From assembly GCA_002633005.1 (NCBI GenBank), contig NMRA01000553.1, forward strand, positions 124,161 to 188,160: a stretch of DNA of 64,000 bases, given 5' to 3'. The position numbers and the translations under genes are program-made. The notes beneath the pieces are model-generated. The model ran no database searches. It saw only the letters and a program-made list of their open reading frames with translations, and was not told the origin of the DNA. Below are positions 57,801 through 64,000 of the stretch, piece after piece; position 1 is the stretch's first letter; every line of letters begins with the position of its first letter. This DNA comes from Phoronis australis (taxonomy: Eukaryota; Animalia; Phoronida).

Positions 57801-59294
57801 TCTGTCTCACAAACAATAACACGAATCTGCCACCTTCATGGTTGATATGGTCTATGGGCAATCTTTGGAGGACAACCTTACATTTACTGTCTGGTGGTGA
57901 CTCAAATTTCAGCACACGTTTGAGTTTCAATATTTTGCCTGATGTATTGATTGTGATTTATAACATGGCTAATTGGGTCAGGCTGAAATTACAAACCCAG
58001 TTATTCGACAACAGTGACCAAATGCTGTACTGCTGAGCCAAATTTCACAGATTAAATAGCAGAGTATTTTAAGGTAAAATTGGTAAACACACCGTCATTG
58101 ATTTCCGCCAGATAATGGCAAGAATTTGTGGATATGTAACAAAGTCACAAAAACTTTACGGCTTTTGTTGTTTTGCAGATCTGGCCAAAGCTAATGACTT
58201 CAGAAGTCTATCCCATTCATCCCGTCCAACAATCCAAAATGCGTTTCTCATCCATAAAAGGATAATGCCCCTTTAAATGGAAATGAAGCAGTGGCACTTC
58301 TGAAAGGGTTGGATTTAATTTTGATTATTGTTCAATATCATTTAAGTTTTTGGCCATGACTGTTCTCTTTGACGTTACAGGTCTTGACAACATGAACCTA
58401 CAGTTTCAAAAGGACTTTGATGACGACTTATCCACTCTGGTCAATGCGTTTCTTCATCGTCTACGTCCTCCTGTCTGCTTGGTAGCTCATAACGGGTACA
58501 GGTTTGACTTCCCATTTTTATTGAAAGAACTGATAGGTGTCTCTGCACGACTGCCACAATCGTTACTCTGCGTCGACTCTTTAGTCGCTTTCCGTGCTTG
58601 TGACTGGTCGTCAGTAGTGTGCTTGAAAAATAAAAACGAGGTTACGCCAGCGAAGCGATTGATTACAAGGAATGCAGAGACCCCTGAGGCAAAGAGAAGG
58701 ATATTGGAAGATGATGTAAGGTCTGGCACAGTGCCAGATGTTGTCCGAGAACTCTTTCCAGAGAAGCAGGCATCGGGTACCAGTGAAGGGGTAACCTATG
58801 GAAATGCAACCAGTTTTTACTGGTCCGATTTAGCAGAAATTATGGATGAGCCGTGGGTTGATGAGGAAGTCATGCCGTCACGGCCTTCCAAGAACTCTTT
58901 GAATCTGGAGGTTGGGAATGGCGTGCACGTCGGTAACAAACATTCAGATAGAACCCTGTCTACTCCAGTCAAGGGAAACACTCAGTGCACGTTCTCTGAA
59001 AGGATTGGTCCAAGGGCTGAGTGTAACACACCGTCTAACATGCGATACAAACCAGTTTCTATGAAGTTGTGTGATGTATTTGAGTTTGTGGTTGGACGGC
59101 CTCCGGATAATGCTCATTCAGCGGAAGATGATAGCTTATCTCTGCTACGCATTGCACAACGTATTGCAGATTGGTTCTGCAGCTGGGCTGACCAAAATGC
59201 AATGTCATTTGCTAGCACGGAAATAAAGTTTGATGTGAAGAAATCAAGCAATCTTGATAGGGGGTGCTTCCCGTGCGATTCCAATACTGTCTAG
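54718..59294 (+). CDS. TREX1/TREX2-like DEDDh 3'-5' exonuclease, ~386 aa; join(54718..54851,55403..55515,58381..59294)
   Basis: ExoI TFVFFDLETTGL...ITELSMVAVDR; LPRVMNKL...INP...ELTGL; ExoII CLVAHNGYRFDFPFL; CVDSL; ExoIII AHSAEDD. GT-AG junctions with phases 2 and 1 match. TREX1 versus TREX2 orthology not resolvable. Confidence 0.9.
55403..55515 (+). CDS. TREX-like second coding exon
   Basis: QSLLDSQQRHQLPRVMNKLLVPINPIRAVPPIVFELTG; ttctccttctag acceptor. Confidence 0.88.
55450..58072. repeat. ~1.08-kb duplication 55450..56533 / 56989..58072 with N at 56988
   Basis: Near-identical copies; the second starts mid-exon at the N. Confidence 0.9.
56534..56987. mobile_element. MITE of the same family as 26861..27654, opposite orientation, truncated at N
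   Basis: TAA|gggctgttccagtaaaatctgtataggagggggg; absent at the equivalent TAA in the second copy (~58070). Confidence 0.72.
58381..59294 (+). CDS. TREX-like last coding exon (ExoII, insertion, ExoIII)
   Basis: gacgttacag|GT CTT GAC; open to TAG at 59292-59294. Confidence 0.92.
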
Positions 59295-60914
59295 TGTTAC
59301 CATGTTGGGCTATTTTTGCTAATGGAGTGATTTACATATGGTGCTTTTGGTCCGAGAATTATACATTTTTATGAAAGTTATGGTAAAATTGCTTCAGTTC
59401 GTGACCCGGTGTGGCGGAGAAGTGAAATTTTATTTGTCAAATTTGTCAACGAAAATAGATTTTGAGGCAAATTTACTTCCCTTTTAGCATGGTTTGTATG
59501 GCGTAGCTATTACAGAACAGCATTGGGTGATATTGTGTCCATTTGTAACAATGTGGCAAGCCTCTGAAAATAGTTAACTTAAACAATTATTTTTGTACAC
59601 CATATTGAAGAATTTTTTTCATGCTATGGTAAAATTTCGCATCAGGAAGTAATGATATTAATGTTTATATTTTGCTAAAAAATATGAGATAGAGTTTTAT
59701 TTCAGGTTGTTATTGTATTCATATTTTATTAGATTTGACAATGATTTTTAAGTCTTCCACCAGGTAGTTATAAATTCAAACGTGATGAATGTACACATGA
59801 ATACTCAGATTCTGATATATGAATACATCAATGTCATTTTTATCGTTGGTCACTTGGTTCTGATTGAGAAGTAGATAACCAAAATCACCACTTGTTTTTA
59901 TGAGTTATGGCCAGCGCAGTGACTGGTGCCAGGTTTCTGTGAAATTGTATTTATTTTCTTTCCTCTTTTACGTATTTCATTGCACATATTTTTGTCCCAA
60001 TTCTTAGGTCACTCAGCCTTGTACCATACCTATACAAATGGTATATCTCTATTAATTATTCTTTTTCAAGATGTTTTTTGTTACTTACTGCTTTTGTAGA
60101 AGAATTTTTATGGTAGTAGTAATAGCATTATCAATAGTAATAGTAACAATAATAATTAGTATTATTGTTAATTATAATTATTGCAATACTCAGTCATATG
60201 CCATACAAATATGGTTTTTGTACTACTAGATGTTGGTTGAAAGTCGTTATTATCGTGTACAGTAAATGTTCCCTTGGACCTTAAATAACAGGATAGTGTG
60301 CTTTTTTCAGTTAGCAGGAATTTTTGAAAATTGACCCATGGGTGGATATTGGAAAATGACCTTTCAAAAACGTCAAATCAACCGAATATGCACCCTGGCA
60401 TATTTTCAGAAAGAGGGCGTATTTCAGTCAGACAGTATACGAGCTGGGTGTCAGTGGATTACAGCCTGTATGGTTCCATCAGGCAGAGAGAAGTAGAAAC
60501 AAGTTCGTAATATGTCTCTTGGAAGGTGTCCGAATGTTTGCTTGTTTTTGACCACCTTCATGTAGTGACGATCTGATTAACCTTGTCGTAAACGTGCAGG
60601 CTTGACATTTTGCACTATTGACATACTATTTTAAAACAATCCATTATATTTTCCAATATTTGCTGACAGTTCTTTATGGTGGGTCAATTTTCGGAAATCC
60701 CTGTTACAAAATTCGGATGAAACATCATTACGGTTAAGCTCCAGTCCTAACATAGTGTATAGTATACAACTCATCAAATGACAAGTTGAGTTTTTATTTT
60801 TGTAATTGGTAACATTGTAGCAAAAGCGATGCAATATTTGTGGTCATTTTTGTGCCGAATGACTGAGTAGTTATTCTGTACAGTTTGATTATTTGATCAT
60901 AGGTTGATACACTT

Positions 60915-60920
60915 AATAAA
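60915..60920 (+). terminator. Candidate polyadenylation signal of the TREX-like gene
   Basis: AATAAA followed by GT-rich tctgttgttctttg after ~1.6 kb of AT-rich UTR-like sequence. Confidence 0.45.
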
Positions 60921-62124
60921 ATTAAAATACCAGACACTGATTTATCTGTTGTTCTTTGACTAGTTTGGGTAATGGTATTTGAATTCGCCTGTGTGATAGG
61001 TGTGGGTCTGACATACTGTTTCTACTATGTCAACTGCAGATGGTGGGGTGATGTGGTGTTGGAAAATAACACTTCGTGGTGTTGTGTGAGCCGGCGAGGT
61101 ACGTCATTAGTATGTACAAATGTCACCTTTTTGCATATTTTTTTGTTTTCACATTTACAAGTTGTCCGTGAATGCAACTGCACTTTGTTTAGCTAGATGA
61201 TGTACAAATACCATTGTTGTTTGGTTCCTGCTACACATTCCCATAGTTAGGAGAATTCAACTACGTCTTTAAGGAGACGTATTTGTTTGCAATACCAAGT
61301 CTTTGAAATTCTGTTTCATCTTATTTTCATCACCTGATTACTACACCGAGGTTTTGTATAACTTAAAAACGTGTTCACTGGACAAATCGTGAATGCCTGC
61401 GTTTGGATAGCCAACCTTTCAGAGAGTCAACGAGATGAAATCCCTCTCTGAAACCAAGATTGAAACCAAAGATCCATTCGTTGAAAGCTTCCATGAAAGG
61501 TTAAAGCTGTCTTTTGCCAAATTTTGCTACCTAAAATTAGGCCGTTCCACTCGCTCAAAAGAGACCTCATGATACTCTTTACAGTCTCGGCCTATTATAT
61601 TTTCGTTACCAAAAAGAACAACGAAACCATCAGCGACTCTTGGAAAACCTTTGAGTTTATCGAGGTTGGTCAACCCTGAAACTTGAGAAATCGAAAATGT
61701 ACGCATAATGCCTTGGAGTGTGATTAGAGTTGGCGGCTCATATGATAATACGAGAGCGGATGAGCGTGGTAATGCATTTTAAACCACAATGCGCCACGTT
61801 TAAGAATTCACGCAGACAGCTTAATACTAGCGAAATACAGCTTTAACCATGTGCAATTTTTTCGCAAAACAATCCGTCTGTCATTGTAGCAGTGTTTTTC
61901 CTTGGTTAATTCACTATTTATGTATATTGTTTGTTATCTGTGGATGAAACTTTCTTTCCATGTTCCAAAATCGGGCAAAGTCTGCTGACTTCCGCGCAGT
62001 TGGCCGGAGGAGTTTAAAGTGTCCAAAACCATCACTCACCTAATTGTTTTTACAAGTGGCAACGTTGTTTCTAAACTCCGCGAACATGAGTTTGACGTAC
62101 GAACTTACCCAGCTAGTCTGAGTG

Positions 62125-62452
62125 CAGTGGTGGCAGATCTTGGATACCGTAAGGGGGGGCCCAACATCAAACGGTTGCCTCGGGGAATTGGGCAAAGCGC
62201 GGTTGCATGTGCCAGTGCACAGGCGGCGGCCTGAAATTGGGGGGCTGGATGTGGACCTTCTGTTGAAAACCTACTGGAGGAAACAACGATTCCGTCGCGG
62301 TCTGAGCCCCCCCCCCCCCCCNNNNNNNNNNNNNNNNNNNNNNNNNNNNNNNNNNNNNNNNNNNNNNNNNNNNNNNNNNNNNNNNNNNNNNNNNNNNNNN
62401 NNNGGGGGGGGGGGGTGGCCCTGCCCCCCCTTCCCCCTAAGTCCGCCTAATG
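62125..62452. mobile_element. Possible MITE remnant with polyC/polyG tracts spanning an N gap
   Basis: cagtggtggcagatcttgg...gggggg left end versus ccccctaagtccgcctaatg right end; loose terminal complementarity only. Confidence 0.3.
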
Positions 62453-64000
62453 TGAGTGCATTACGCATTGCACCGAACTAAACGTTTTTCTAACCTGGGC
62501 CCAGTTGCATAAAAGTTATACGCAGCATACTACAACAATGACCGCGCATTATCACGCGCGTCATGTAACAATGCACCTAACGTCCCTCGACAATGATCAA
62601 ACTGATTCAGCGGACCATTTTGAAGTTTTATGCAACCCAGCCCTGATGTTCAAATCAGGCCGTGTTAATCCGTGGGCGGCACGCCATAGGGCCGGGGGCT
62701 ATAGCCCCCCATTTTTTTCAGTGCTGCGCCGCCCACATAATAGTGTGTAAATATAGAAATATATATTTGGTTGGAACTTGATTTACAATTAACCAAGGAG
62801 ACACTGACAACAGTTAGATTAACTGAAGAACTTGAAGAAATCCGCACTTATAATATTATGGCGTGTACGAGATTTCGTTGATTCAGTCAGTGAAAAACTT
62901 CCAATAGGTTATTTTAATTTCCCCAAAGGTCAAAAAAAGGTGAGCTTCATGCTGGGGTTTCAGGAGCGCAGTGATGCTTGCCAGGCAAGAATGGTGAAAC
63001 ACATTCTCACGGTTTGCCTTTTACTCACAGTCCAGAGGTAACTGTAAACGCCGTGTAGTCCAATCGAACGATAACGCAGTACCGGTACTGGCTGTCGGTT
63101 AGGCTCGTAGACTGTTACTACTGCATCATTTCATTGATAACTATGTACCCTCTTTCGAGGGTTCGAAAAATAGTCTATAGACTCATTATAATGTTCCTCT
63201 CCACGGAAATCTTTAGTAAAAGGCGAAAGATTTATGCGTGGATTGAAGAGAAACCAGAGTAAATCAGACACTGTGCATCGATTTATTATAAGAACAATTA
63301 GGTAGTTTAAAACTGGTGTTAAATACCGGGTAAGGCAAGACGGCAAATCAGTCTCAATACTATGTTTTCTTATTGCCAAATTGACTAACTAATTATATAA
63401 TTTTGTGTTTTGTTAATTTTGTTGTTTATTATGCGCCCAGATATAAATTTTTGAACTTTGTTTGTTACAACTGAGGAAAATTTTTCGTAACGCGCGACCT
63501 CTAACGGCGACTGATCGAGATTAGGTTGTAGCCTGCTTCCTATCAGCCTTGGGTCATTTTCACGAAAGACGTCGCTCTAGTCGGTTGGCGATAATACACG
63601 CAATGTTGGCTTACGTAGTAAATGGCCCAGGGTCACTACGACTAACTGCAATGAAATTGTGAGCGATTCTCCACGTGACATGCATACATATATTGCTCTG
63701 TCACAAGGAGACACCAACATTAAACAACGAAAATGCTCTACTAAACGCAGCAGGGATGCTACTGCATGCATTAAACTGGCGAAATGCGGGTCTTTGGGAT
63801 CTAGCTGTAGAATTTCAAAAACTGAAGCAAGACCGTACGTGATCAAAACACAGTTTAATTAAAGTCCCGCCAACGTAGCAGTACCTAGCTAGTAGCTGTT
63901 GACAGAACTCATAGAGGAAGAACCTTTTGTGCACTTTTACAAAACGGACACCGGCATCACCTAACCACTGAGTCGTTTGCCAATTTTGGCGTAATATTAT

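Noticed and set aside
55539-58036. Three duplicated short ORFs and an apparent duplicated TREX exon
   Set aside because: The second copy begins at an N, mid-exon and without an acceptor; probably allelic redundancy.
58350-58380. ORF-track start for the exonuclease
   Set aside because: This is the acceptor tract; ExoI lies in the upstream exon at 54718.
63131-63862. Short ORFs at the right edge as a third gene
   Set aside because: No recognisable domain or convincing exon structure.

Overview
Eukaryotic (invertebrate animal-like) genomic DNA. Most of the window is one minus-strand alpha-spectrin gene. I assembled 42 coding exons by hand (243..42243), all GT-AG and phase-consistent, giving 7122 nt / 2374 codons of spectrin repeats, an SH3 domain and EF-hands. 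The last exon lies off the left edge, and a probable non-coding first exon lies near 53.2 kb. Head-to-head with it is a plus-strand TREX1/TREX2-like DEDDh 3'-5' exonuclease gene (3 coding exons, about 386 aa) carrying a ~150-aa insertion inside the catalytic domain. Main observations: (i) the three longest coding-region introns of spectrin each contain frame-preserving candidate cassette or micro-exons (54, 45, 15, 6 nt and others) that the ORF track does not show; (ii) four independent tandem repeats are built from exon-end/5' splice-site junctions; (iii) there is a 4-copy ~75-bp hairpin element, a perfect 44-bp inverted repeat and a polymorphic PIF/Harbinger-like MITE; (iv) three tandem 'duplications' joined by single N are probably both haplotypes assembled in series. 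No prokaryote-type system (CRISPR etc.) is present. All alternative-exon calls are predictions from sequence only.
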